From Tubiluchus corallicola (taxonomy: Eukaryota; Animalia; Priapulida): 64,000 bases of DNA. The notes beneath the pieces are model-generated. The model was not told the DNA's origin. It did not search any database and saw only the letters and a program-made list of their open reading frames with translations. The stretch lies in assembly GCA_030141605.1 (NCBI GenBank), contig JAQGDQ010000039.1:248001-312000 (forward strand), given 5' to 3'. This document shows positions 11,846-26,047 of the stretch, one piece after another. Every line of letters starts with the position of its first letter. Within the stretch, counting starts at the first letter, position 1. The position numbers and the translations under genes are program-made.

Positions 11846-14800
11846 CTGTCAAATAAAATTAAAATAAATAATTACACTATAATGATGTAAATTGACGAAT
11901 TAATAAAAATGGCATTTGTGATAGATCGAGAAAAAATGTCACATTTGATGGGCTGCGTTAATGAGTTAAGTGACAATCTGACATGGCCGCACGATGTCGC
12001 AGCTGGTGACAAATAGTGGTTTCTGAAATCTGCCTATATAGTAGTGACGCACTAAATTCATACAATTACAAATGATTAATTAATAAAATAACAAGGAAAA
12101 CATATTTTTATCTTAATTCGCATCACAACGGCTACTAAAATCTATGATTACCTTTGACTATTCCTTACCACAAATGAAGGAAGTTTGTAACGAAATTAGT
12201 AGCACATTTTAAAAGCAAGTGAATTGTTTTGATCCTACTTACTTCCATCACAGCTGTCATCACTGCCGCATATAACGTCTCCAGTATCACAAGTGCATGT
12301 AAACGATTGCCCGATAGATACACAAGTAGCAGGACCTGATCCACCAGTTGGACAGGGCGAGCTTTCACAAGGATCAGCTAAAAACAGAAGCAATGTGTGT
12401 GTAATAACAGTGTGTAACACTTTTGGTGGCAGGGAAAGTGGCTGCTGTTTTGACTTCTGCTACCCCTTCAGCAAGTCTGTAGGGATGTTGTAGGACTATT
12501 AAGTCGAATAGTAAATGGCCTCAAAATTTGACGAGTGGTGCTGCGTATCTTTAATAAAAATAAAGAGGTGGCTAACCATAACAAGGTTTATTAGTATAAA
12601 CGATATTTCGGAAAAATCAATGCTCCCTTCATCAAGTTACATAAAATTAATCACATATAGTTCCACGATGTTATTAAAACACAGTAAGGCAAAATAAACC
12701 CCGTTACATCTCGCATTGTGCACTTTGTTGTGCGATGTAATGTGGTTATTTTGCTTACACTGTGTTTAAATGTCATCTGGAATTCTGTGTGATCAATTTT
12801 GTATAACTTGATGAATTGAGTGGTTTTCCGAAATATCGTTAATACTAGTAAACCTTGTTATCAATAACCACCTCTTTATTTTATTAAATCGCTTCTTTGC
12901 CTTTTAGGCTCGCAACACATTAGCATCTACGCATTCCATTCTTTGTTACCTATTAAATAGTGATAGGCAATAGTCAAACTGTCATAGTAATAAGCATTTC
13001 ACAGTTTAGTTGCGCGCACGCGCAATTGCTGTAGGCAAAGGTTAAGTGTATCATAGCAACGCGTCTTAACTATACCCGTCACGTGATATGTGGGTAAAGC
13101 AAAGCCGTCTGCCGCGCCAGTTTAGTAACTTCAGTTATTTTACATGGACTTTACATAATTATGCATTAGTCTGTGCGTAGAGTGATTTACTAGCAGGCTC
13201 TTGCCTGGGAACAAGAAAAAATGAACTAGGTAAGATTTTAGCTAGCTGTTGAAATTGTTACGATTACAATAACATCGGCTGCGAGGCATTGTCAAATGTA
13301 GACAAATGCGTTGTCTGGCACACTTAACCTTTCACGATCATTATCAATCACTGGAACTGCGAAAAGACTTATTGATCTATCAAGCAGGAATCGCAGTCTT
13401 AGAAAGAAAACTCGAAACGAGAGTAGAAGCAATGAAGAACGTGCAAAACATTCATGGCATTTCGGCTTGATGATGACTTATAATTGAGATACTGAACTAT
13501 GAACTACGAAATTTGTTTCATATATAGCAAAATATAAACACATTTGAAAGAATAAAAAATTTTGTAGTTCGCATGAATGAGCATTTGCACACTCCCTTTA
13601 AGTAATAGAAATTATGTATCTTGTATGTACGACTAATGCTGTAAATAATGTCCTAAATAAAATGTCGTCATATCTTCTAAGTATCTCCAAATAAAATTAG
13701 TGTCTATCGTTACTTCTAATCGTGGTTAGATTTATATTCTAAAAATAACTACGATTCATGCGTAAGTTCGTCAAGTTTACAAGACTTGGCATTGTTCAGG
13801 GCTTCTAACAGATGACATGACATTTTTTAAAATAAGAGTAGTCAATTACAACAGACAAGGAGAGTGCTGCTTACTCGGCATGTCACACGTTTCGCCTTCG
13901 CAGCCTCCAGCACACATGCACATAAATTCACCAGGACCGGCAGCTACACAGTTGCCCCCATTTTCACACGGATTTGGTCTACAAGGATTGCTTGCAGCTA
14001 TATAACAAAAACAGAAATATTCATTATAGTTTCCCGGTTTCATGTAATTAGAAAAATATACCACTTCTTTGGCAGACAAATATCAAGTCTCAACAAATGA
14101 AGACCAATTATTAGACCTGATAAATCGCTAGTAAAAAACGTCAACCGTTTGATTTTTGCGCAGCCCATTTAATGAAGAGATTGTAAATTCAGAGTTTAAA
14201 TCTGCTTCCAAAAATTATGTAAGACTATTTTAAACATTTCAATAGCTCTACCTGCATTGTTAATTGCCAAAGCATACCGAAGTATTTTGATTGATGTAAA
14301 TTTAATATAACAGTAACAAGATCACCATTTCAAATACTGACAGATTGGAAGTATAAAGTATGGAATGGATGTGTTTGACTCATGTAGAGACATAATGTTT
14401 TTGAGTTACTTATAATCAAATAAAAGCCCAAGCGTTATGACTGTGGTACATGAATTTATACAAAAAGGAAACTTACAACATTCAGCCTTATCCTCATCCG
14501 AACGATCGTCACAGTCATCAGTTTCATCGCAGACGGAAGCCATCGGAATGCATCTGGAAAGGTCATCACAAACAAACTGGCCGCGCGGACAGCGAACTAC
14601 GTAAAAACAATTTAGGTTCATTATAGAAGTAGCATCAGCTTATAGTTATACTGTAATTATAGTTAAATCTAATTATAATTTACATTTATTACCGGCGTAT
14701 GTGCACGCATGGGTCATAGTGCAATCGCCAAAAGCATATTTGGACTGGGTAGTAACTGTGCCACCTAAATTGTATTGAATTTGTGTCGATAACACTAATG

Positions 14801-16380
14801 TAACGTGTCGGTGGCATTTATGTAGCGTACTACATCCAACTTGGAAAATTTATAGTTTAGCAATGCTTTATTGCTATATAGTTTATCTTTGTACTTGATT
14901 TTGTTCTACTGATATTCAAACTGAACCTGTCCCTTTTGCACCAACCGCACAGGCGCAGTTTGCTCAGAATGACACAAACCAATTGTATGTTGTGAAACGT
15001 ATGTACACACAAAGCAGGTATGTATTCTACACTGTTCACAAGTGAATGACTTGAGTGCAACAGATGTAGTCATGTATCACATGGTATATAAAGAGATCTG
15101 TGGGTGTCTCTATCCATTGCAAATATTTAATGCATGACAGTGATGTAATGCCAGACAAACCATATAACTGTTTATGAACACGATAACCGCACAAATGTTA
15201 ACATACTCAAACCTGAAAAAAATGCAAGCACCCATAAAATTTAGAATTTGCTTAAAGCAAAAACCCGACCCAAACTTGAACTGTAGGTCAAAACAATCTA
15301 CTCTTTAAAATATTGAAAGGAAACACACACTAGCGCCTGCGTTTCCGAAACGGATTGCACAAAAAACAGGTGCTGTACCTCTCAGTTCGGATGTGTTAGT
15401 TTGTGACGATCTACACTCGTTCGATAGCTTATGCGTGAGTACAGCGGTAAGTTTGAAATTTGGATTTTTATCTTAAAACTAGCCGAGTTTTAGTACAACA
15501 CACAGAGTACCACTGTAATTCAATTTTCGCTTTCGCAAATACGTGCAACACGCTCGTGGAATATTTTTGCTGTTGAAAATTATGTTAGTATGTGATGTCA
15601 TCAATAGTTGGGCTCGCCTGCCGTTAATTAAGGTTTTTGATCTATTAATTACCAGAAACGCTTTTGCAGTGTTAATTGTGTTAAAATGTATACTTATTAT
15701 CAGATTTGAAAATGGGGTAGTATAATTATGAAAAATAATTCTGTCTTCCTTTAGCATTCTTGCTAAGCAGTTAAGCACTGACTCCTTATTTCGTGTACAT
15801 GTATTTGTGTAACACACTTCCTGCTAAAAGTCTGAAACAAGAAAAAAGGAAGGAAAGAAAGAGAGCGAAACAGAAAGAAACAAGTAGAGAACAAAGGAAC
15901 AGTTAGTATAAACAGGAAGAAAAAATGAAGATCAGAAAAAAGTAAAAATGAGCCTACGGCAGAGAGCAGGTGGTCCAGGAGCTTCATCTGATCCATCAAG
16001 GCAGTCATTGTTCATATCACAGACATCAGTACGAGGTATGCAAGCAGAGTAATCCTCACATAAAAAGTTGTCACCTGTACAACCTATTTAAACACACATA
16101 ATCTTATTACGTACTACTTATTAATTGCAATTTATAACAGTTCATATGAAATTTCATATGAAATTTGCTATAGATCATATTTTGGCATAGGTCATATTTG
16201 CAGTCATATTTAAAACCTGCTGGGTACTTTTTATACACCGTTTTAAACTGTATATACTTATTTGATTTACTCATGGAATAATACAGTCCTTATATTATTC
16301 AATGAGTAATTAGAAGGAGATTTTGTAATTATTCTTTCTTCCAATAAAGAGTTATTTTAATAATAATAATGACGACGACG

Positions 16381-16452
<72 letters not shown>

Positions 16453-16535
16453 GCCGCCGCCGCCGCCGCCGCCGCCACCACCACCACCACCACCACCACC
16501 ACCACCACCACCACCACCACCACCACTACCACCAC

Positions 16536-16628
<93 letters not shown>

Positions 16629-19600
16629 GTAATTTTCAGGGACTGACACCATAACACTGAAAAAAACCTTAATAATGCAGTAAATGGTAAACAGGATGTT
16701 GGTGTATTTTAACTGATCAAAAATTAGATGAAACGTACAATCAAATGGTTAAAATGAAGCTGTTTTTATATAAAACCCGCAGTAACAAGCCTTGCCATGT
16801 ATAGCAGAAAATAGCTAAAGGAAAATCAAACAAGCTAAAATTAACGGAGTTGCGCTATACTTTCAGCGTAAAGAAATTGCTTAGCACTGTTAGCGCATCA
16901 TTAGATTAGATTATTATTACATTATTCATTCAATCTTAAAAAAAATTACATTTGCATAAATAGGATCATCACAATTAATGATAATTAGTTAATGTTTGAG
17001 GAAGGGAGAAAGCCACCAGATATGGCCCACATTAATCAATCATTCCTGTTAAATTTACAAAAAGCATCAAAATCAAATTAAGTAGTTTAAAATGAAACAG
17101 CCTAAGTTGTTAGCATTATCAATCTCTGACGGTAAACTATTCTACATGTCAATCACCCTGTTTGCAAAAGAGTATTTAAAAACATCAATACGACAACAGT
17201 ATTTATACAATTTGAAACTATCGCGCCGACAGCGTCAGTTTAAATATCGTTGTACGCGCTCGATTTTATCATTCAAAAGAGCATTATGAGGATTCTACAC
17301 AGGGTAGCAAAGGTTGAACGAAAGACTTATACGATGTTAAAAGGCCAAAAATGTGTTTGTAACTACATAGCGAATGTCATACTTGATGCTACAGCAACTT
17401 AGTCAGAACAATAAATTAAAATTTTTAGTTCTGAACACATAGTAACACCCAAGCGTCTACAACTAGTATTCACTGGTATAGGCGTGTCGTTCAGCACATA
17501 CTGAAACTTTGTAAGCAAAGATTAGTGCGTCCTACGTGGACGAGTGCACACTTATGTTCTGCAATAGCGAGTTGTTAGCCCATAAGAATTGAATTTCCAA
17601 AGCTCGATTAAGACTTTGATTACCATTAGATGTTACAAAAAGTTCAACATCATCAGTGTATAACTTGATAAGAACTGAGTTCAAATTGTCAGACATCTCA
17701 TTTATATACAATAAAGATAATATTGGTCCAAATATCGAAACCACGTACCCGAAACAACTCTTTCACAGAACTTAGTGTCTACACGTACACGCTGGTCACG
17801 ATTAGACAAAAAATGCAGAAATTATGTTTATATTTAGCGTAAGCTCTTATGTTTGGTTATTTATTTCATCTGTTCTCATTACTAATTTTGATGATGCCAT
17901 TACATATCCTGGTGATAACTATGGAGAATCTAATTGTCAGTACGACTTCCCGTGTATAGAGATTTCAATGTACAGCTAAAAGTGGAGAATCATAAAATTC
18001 TGACTAATTGTCTTAAAGCTAAAAATTACGTTCACATTTAGTGCAAGCTCCTTTGTTTGGTTGTTTATTATTTTATGTGTTCTCATTTCTGATTTTGTGA
18101 TTGCAATAGATTGTCTAGTCGCCAGTACGACTTACGGTGTACAGATTTCAACGTAAAACAGAGAGGGGAGAACCACAAAATGTCAAAACTAAATTATTTG
18201 TCTCAAAACTAAAAGCTCAAGCAACAAGAGAATGATTAATAAACTGAGCGGCGAAAACTTACAACAGTCGACTGTACCGTCACATGTTTCAACACTTGCA
18301 CAGGATCCGTCACTGCACTCAATCTTTCCAATCTCCTCACAAGCTGTATAACAACAAGATTGAATGTTTACAACTGACTATACCTGGTCGAGTGTGGTTA
18401 ACTCATGTCAGTACTTGTAGATTATTATGTTCAAGTGTGACTAACCAGTATACACGGTGCTCTTGACTAATTATCACTTGACTATGCCTGTGCCCAAACC
18501 GGTTTACTCATGTGTGATAGAGAGTTTGCCCTAATTCTCACATTTCGACTCCTATCTCGGTTGACTTGGAAGTTTCGTGACTCTTGTTGCTATAGTTTTA
18601 GCGTTATTTAAGGTATGCATTTTGGCTTTATCTCGGCCTAAAAATCTTATACAAGCTCCTGAAAACCCCAGGTGCACATCTACCGCAATACCTAAATATA
18701 TTGTCTATTGTCTATACTGAAAGTTTGAAATATCGCGACTCCGCGTACATGTACTGCAGCTTTTGCAGTTATTTGATGTTCCGATTTGAGGGACAAAGCC
18801 ATTTGCTCTACTTTTCGTATTTTGACTCCGGTCAAGGACAGCTAAACAAACCTAGGTTTTTTATCTACACGATTGTCCCTACTCAAGGTGTCTACCCTTC
18901 AAGTTCGCGACTCTAGCTACTGTAGTTTAAGAGTTATTCAGTGTTGTGCATTTTGGCTCCTATTTCGGTGCCTTAAAGAATACCTGTTTTTCAAACGCCC
19001 AGAAGCACGCCTACCCCACATTATCTAAATAATTGTGAAAAAATTGAATTTAGCTCCACTCCCTAGGAGGAATTTAATGGTAATCAAAAAAATTACCACA
19101 GTTTTCTAGTATCCTTAACCGTTTGACCAGTGTAAACATCTCTTGCACAATTTTAAAGGTTCCCATCCCGGTCAAGTATCTACCCCGTAGGTTTCTGACT
19201 CTAGCCCTCTGCATTTCCAACTTAAATTTAAAAAGTCGAAAACTGGATATAATTACCCAGCATAACGAAAAAAATCAGCATATTGGTTCTTTTCGATCCA
19301 TCACACAAGCGCACAAGGATAAAAAGATCTCAACCGAAAACATGCTAAATTAGTGTTTAGTTGCTGTTATAAAAGTTGAACAGAATATGAGTCACGGGGA
19401 TAATGTCTAGTAATGTTTTAAGTAGATGTGCATTGCGGAACTGACCATAATGCAGTTACTGAAAAGCATAATAAGAGAAAGGATCGTACATAGTTCCGTC
19501 TCGCAAGTAAAACCTGTGTAACGTTCTCCACAGATGCATCTAAACAAACGCCCATAGTTGTAGTCGTACACACAAGTGCCATGATTCTCACACGGGTTGC

Positions 19601-22600
19601 TCTCACAGTCAACTAAACAAAAGCACAAACATTTTAGTTTGGCACAAACTGACAGAAAACTGAGCGAACGAGCCAAATGATCAATTGATGCATTTACAAG
19701 AAACACATTTACAGATTAAAAACGCATATTAGACGAAGACATAGCCAAATGCACAGAAACTATGCTTTTCAAAAACTCTGTCCCGTTAGCACAGAACTGG
19801 TAAACTACCACGTACGAGGGCGACATCCGCCATGTTCATCTTGTGTGTATCCTGAAGCACACCAACAGTAACCCATTTCCAGGGACTTGGTAATGTCTTT
19901 CTTACGGCAATCAGCATTATCGTCTTTACATTGTTCTTTGGTAAGGCATGGTTGCCCCACATCAGAATCTATAATATTCAGTAATAATAACAATAGTAAA
20001 TATGGCTAAAAAGTAAAATTGTCTACAATCGCGAAATCAAACTCTAACAACATGCGAAACATGAACACGCGGAAGGGACGCTAGGATTCGTTTTTGTCGA
20101 CACACGGGGTGAGAGAGCACCTCCTTCTAACCCTAACTTAACACTAGCACAATCCCTAAGTTAACCTTTGAACCATAATTTCAGCATTGAAGCAAATTCC
20201 AATATTAAAACTTTTGAAACCATTTCATTAATTAAGCATTTAGTATTAAATTACTTACCATAGTTAAAATTAGCTGCTGTATATCTGCGAATCCGTTCTT
20301 TGCATTCGAGACTGTCCCTATATATTTTTTAATAATGGAATATTAAAAGACGTGATTAAATGTAAGAAGCCATTAGTGCGAATTGTTGGTTTTCATGTTT
20401 AAAAATGTCTTAGGTATATATATATATATTTGAAATTTCCGCTTCAAATTAACGGTCAAATCTGTTCTAAGATATTTTTGGTACTCACTTTATCATAATA
20501 GCACTATCTTGATGTGACTGCAAAAACAGTAGCTTTAAGAACTATATTTCTCAGACCCACTTAAGAGCTATCACATCTAGGTTCACCTTTGTTATTAAGC
20601 ATTACTTGTACTTCAGTGCACAACATTTTATCGCCTATGGACAGCTAATATTTTCTATAGTTATATAGTGAATAATTACAAGTTAATTTTCCTTTAATAC
20701 TTACATCAAATTTTCACTTTTAGTATTACATCTTAGTACTAGCGTTTCTGTGTAGCTTGGCAGCTCACTTGCTCCTCTCCACGGATAATTGACATAATTG
20801 ACGGTTATTGAGGTCTAGAGATGTGGAAATAAAAAAGGCAAAATAAGTGTACTAAAGATAACTTTCTTATTTGTATTATGCTTAGGCAAGCAGTATTCAA
20901 TTAAAGCTATAGTTCTAAATACTGCAGAGAGCTACATGACTACTCTAGCAAGTAAGTGCTATCTGAAAGACTGGAGGAAGCGGATTTTGTTTAACGCGTA
21001 GAACGGAAAGTGCACGGGGAGAATAAGAACATGCACAGATTAAAACCTAGAGGGAGCATAGAAGCTTGCTGAAGAGAGAGCAACATAAATAAATATGCCA
21101 GGGTAAGGAATGGCATTATGATGATGCTAAACAAACATCTCTAAAAACTGTTTCCTTAAAAGAGAGAAAAATAACATCAGAAATAGAAGAGGAACACAGG
21201 AAGTCACTGATGTCATCACACCAGTACGTAGGTATAATGGCAGGTTGCTGCAATTAAAATACATTTGTGAAAACAACTTAAATTTTAAGTATTTTCTGGC
21301 TTTATTCGCCCCAACTAGCTTGCAATCGTCAAACTTTGTTGCATTTGATGGTTTTGGATGGACACAAAGTGCACTTTGATCATTACCACGCCTTAATTAT
21401 GTAGAACGTTTTTACATTATAGATTTTTCTCACGGATGGCCGAGGCATAGTTTCAACCACGTGTGGCCAAACCACCTCAATCCACGTTACACTACTATAA
21501 TATGATTTCTTACCTGGATAGCATAATCGCGTGAACCACACTCCTCGTTATTAAAACTGATTACATAGTAGAGGAATTTTCTGCCGAGGCCATTGGCAAG
21601 ACAGTGTTTATTATTCCTGTATCCTGATTCTCGTTGATCATTGTAGTCCAGCCTTTGCTGATGATTGTCACTTGGTCTTCCCTGATCATAATAACTAGAT
21701 GTTCGTTGATCATAGTATCTATCATAGTACTTTGATCTCGGTTGATCATAGTACTTTGATCTCGGTTGATCGTAGTATCTATCATAATACCATGGTTTCG
21801 GTTGATCATAGTATCTATCATAATACCTTGGTCGTCGTTTATCATAGTATCTATTATAGTACAGTGGGCTTCGCTGATCATAGTAATCATCACTGTATCT
21901 TGGGCTTTGTTCATATTCATTATAAAACGTTTTTCTTTCTGGGCCAGTATAGCCATCTGCCAGAGTTACGGTTCCATGAAATTCATAAATGAATTTCAAC
22001 CCAACAGCCATGAAACCGCATTCTTCGTCACAATATGTCTCTACATCTAATGCACAAAATTTGAATTAAAAATGTCTGTAAACAAAATATCAGCAATGTT
22101 TCACAGTAAGTGAATACAATTATCGATAAACGCATTTTAAGTTCTGTACACTGGGCCTGATTAGTAAGTGGATAGGTGTCTCTTGGGGCAGTTTCAACAG
22201 TCATACTGCATTCGCCTATTTACGTCACTAATGAAGAATATGAACATCGTACTGTGGCTAAGACAGCTTTGCCGGTTCGGTATCTTATCTAAGCTCATTA
22301 CTCTTGCTAATTACGTGTGTCCCGGTCCTGCTACACAAATTATTATAGCCACAATAATTCCCATTAAGGACTGGATATCAGTTTGAAATGCGACTAAAGG
22401 CTACTTTAATGAAAATCAGTTGGTGGTCATACAGGTCCAGAAATATTTGGGCAGACGTCATTTAAGTCTACAAAACAATTTTATGGAGATACTCAGACAA
22501 CACTTGCTGTTACCTGTACATCTTTATTCCAGTAAATATTTGATTACGGCCATCGAGCATGATCTTTTGATGTTTAATTGATGATTAAACATTTGAGAGC

Positions 22601-25600
22601 ATCCAAAAATACTCGTATTTCACTTGTATTGACGAGATTACGTTTTAAACAAATAAAATAAATAAACAAATGAATTAATTAAGATGATAGTATTGCATTG
22701 AAACTCACGTTAGTAGGTATCACACTAGATACCCTAAACGCTAACATAGAAACAAAATCACTCACTTTTAATCAGGTTCTGAGGTGGTGCAATTTCAATG
22801 GCATAAGAACCTCGCTTTTGGTATTGTCCATATTGCAGACTTTTACTAAACAATCTAGAAAAAACCTCAACGATGTGTTTAAAATCCTTCACTGTGATGC
22901 CTTTGAGTCACTTGATTTTTAATTGCATTATTAATGAAATATGCGTTAATTAGTATGTAATTTTTATAGGCGTCTTCTCTGGACTTTTTCTTTATTTTTC
23001 TATTAACTGTACATATTTTTATTGCAAATATTTTTTGTAGTCTGCTTTTTTTATTTTTTATGAGTGCCATGTAATTCTAAACTAATGGGCGAATAACATA
23101 TAGAAAACACTCATCATCAATAATGTACACGGAAAAATAGACTTTCCTTGTGGTTTGAATGAAATTCAGCTTATAATGTCTTGCGGTTGTTATCACATTT
23201 GTATTTGCCCTATCGCTTTCTTGCTACAGATGTGATTGTCGTTATTTTTATCACAAATCGCAACAGAGCTGTGGCCGCATTTTCATTGTCATTTCTGTTA
23301 AGGTTGTTGTCTTTGTCGCTGCTGCTGCTGCTGCTCTCGTTCTTGTTCTTGTGCTGGTTCTTTTACTTGTACTTTTTCTTGTTCTTGTCCTTGATGTTGT
23401 CGTTGTCATCGTGTTTTTGTTATGTTCCTGCTGTTGCTGTTTCTCATTAAGTATTTCCCTCAGCTATAACCTCTTAAATAAATAGTTGAGGAAATTATGA
23501 TTAAAGTAATGATATGACACTAAGCTTATATTATCTAGACAGTTTTTACTTTGTTGCTGTAACTATAGTGTAACTGTAACTATACCAGTCACTAAATGGA
23601 ACACAACGAATTCAAGTACAAACATTTTTCTACATTTAGCGTGCCAGTAAAATAGCCACTCTGGTCTGGTCTGCATTTCTTCACTACTTCTCTTTTAGCA
23701 TTGGTGGTGACTAATGTGTTGTTTAAATGGTCACATAGTCAGTCACTGGGTCTTTTAGTGTCGCAGCCCCTTAGCACTTAATCCTAAAGGTCCTAAATGG
23801 GGCCTTATGAGACACTTATAATTATAGTATAGTCGTTCCCCGCTTGTATAAGGTTGTACAGATAAGGTTGTAGAACTACAAGTTCAGCAGCTTGTTAATG
23901 TCATTTTAAGCTTTCATTTCACAGGCTAAACTAAAGGACTAATTAGCAGACAAACCGGTCGAGAAAAGAATAAATTTGCAGTTTGGTTGGCTCAGAGAGT
24001 ATGTTCTTCAAATAATGAACTGATGGACAAACGAACCTGGCTGTTACCACAATCCTGTTTGACGTATTAAAATCTCGAGGTTTTGTGGCGGAGCCAAATT
24101 AACACAGATTTCTTCGGAACCCTATGACATGCTCAAAAAACTTTTTGAAAATATTACTATTATCGTCGTGTTGCTGTAACAATTGTTAATCATCAACAGC
24201 TGTTGAATGCTAAAGTTAAAACAGAACATTTCGGTCACCTTTCGTTATTATTGTGATGTCGAAGTCGTATAAAATTTACAGCAAAAATCATTGGAGATAA
24301 ATGCTCTAAAAAAATTAATGAGTGCCAGATAGCAATTGACGGTGCAATTTTTTAAAAAATATAGTTTTATATCTTATACTGTACAAAATTTTCAATTTAC
24401 AAAAAAATTACCTAAAGTGGATTTAATTTTAATAACAGATATGACAGTTGAGAATGGTTTGGCGATTAAACCGAAGCGTCCTGTTTTAGATAAATGTATG
24501 AAATTCAAAAAGAATAGACAGGAGTATATTTGCTTATGCTTTGACTTGATTTGTGCAAAAAAATTCTTGCGCGTTTAGCTCCTAATTGTGGCGTGATATT
24601 TAACCAAAGACCAGCACCTTTATTGGACTTGGAGTAAAATCACAAAGGGCATCGGGTTGATAATAGCTGCACAACTCACTTTCTATCACTCATTCTTAAC
24701 TGAGAAAATGTTGCAAATTAATTCAAATCATATAAAACGTTCATATAAAACAATGCTAAGATTTATCTATAGTCAGGTGTAAGCATTTATTTTTACAATA
24801 ACAATTATATAAGAGTGTATGACTACAACTGAGTCTACAACTAGTGTCCGCAATATATTTTCAAAAATGATTGTGTGGAAAATGAATTAAGGAGTTGTTG
24901 CTGTCTGCTCACCTCCCTGAAAAGTAGTTTTATATTTATTGTTCTATACAATAAGTGCATTATAAAACACAAAACTGAACAAGAACAGAAATTAAATACA
25001 ATGTGAACTGTGTGTTAAATCAGTCAAATCTATATATATAAAAGCAAAGGGCAAATAAAAAGTCGTAAATATATTAGTGACAAACATTGAAAAACATTTA
25101 GATTACATACAAAATAAAAAATAGCTTAACATTTTTGTCTAGAAATGTTCTATTTATTTTTTCTGTTTTCTGTTTATTTATTCTAGAATTGAACTGATAG
25201 TAATTGAGTTCTTTCACGTGACTGGCTATTTCCGACCATAAGAGCATTAAATGGAGTTGTCTGTCTCAGCATATTCTTACTAATATGAGAATATATAATA
25301 AATAAATTTTTGAGGATATCTAGTATCGTATGTATGGAAGTTATTAACAGGTTTGAAATATGAATGAAATTCAAGTTGAGTAAACTACAGTGAAACCGCT
25401 ATATGAACTACACTTAGTGAATGTTATGAATTTCTTTCATTTATCAATGCCAAATCTTTGCATGATACTCGACTTAGTAATCTCTTATTTAAAAGTTTTA
25501 ATCCCGTATCGAATGGGCCTCATCGCCTATTGGGTTCAACACTATTTATCGTTATTAATAATGAACGCTAGCTTGTAAGTACTGCCTCGCACGAAAAAAT

Positions 25601-25919
25601 TGTGATCCGTAAGGCTTAATTGGTCACCAATATACTTGTTAATGGAATATTTTGTTGTGATACAATTATGTTATGGTACGTTACATGTTCTTGCACTTGA
25701 TTTCGTCTCCCCGTTTTCACAATCATGTTAACAACGTAAGTAAGCAGCTGTCACCATAAAACAAGCTAATAAAAGAAAATATTGTCGAAAACAGTAGTGT
25801 AAACTAAAATGATCGGCAAAAATGCATCGATTCCGATTACGCTTCACGTCAAAAACCCAGAAAATCGCGAATAAAACACATATACACACTTAAATTTTTA
25901 CATGAATCTGGTTTATCGT

Positions 25920-25961
<42 letters not shown>

Positions 25962-25962
25962 A

Positions 25963-26047
<85 letters not shown>

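Noticed and set aside
16329-16652. Poly-Ile/Val/Thr ORFs (also 60340-60824 and 10818-11056)
   Set aside because: Microsatellite translations.
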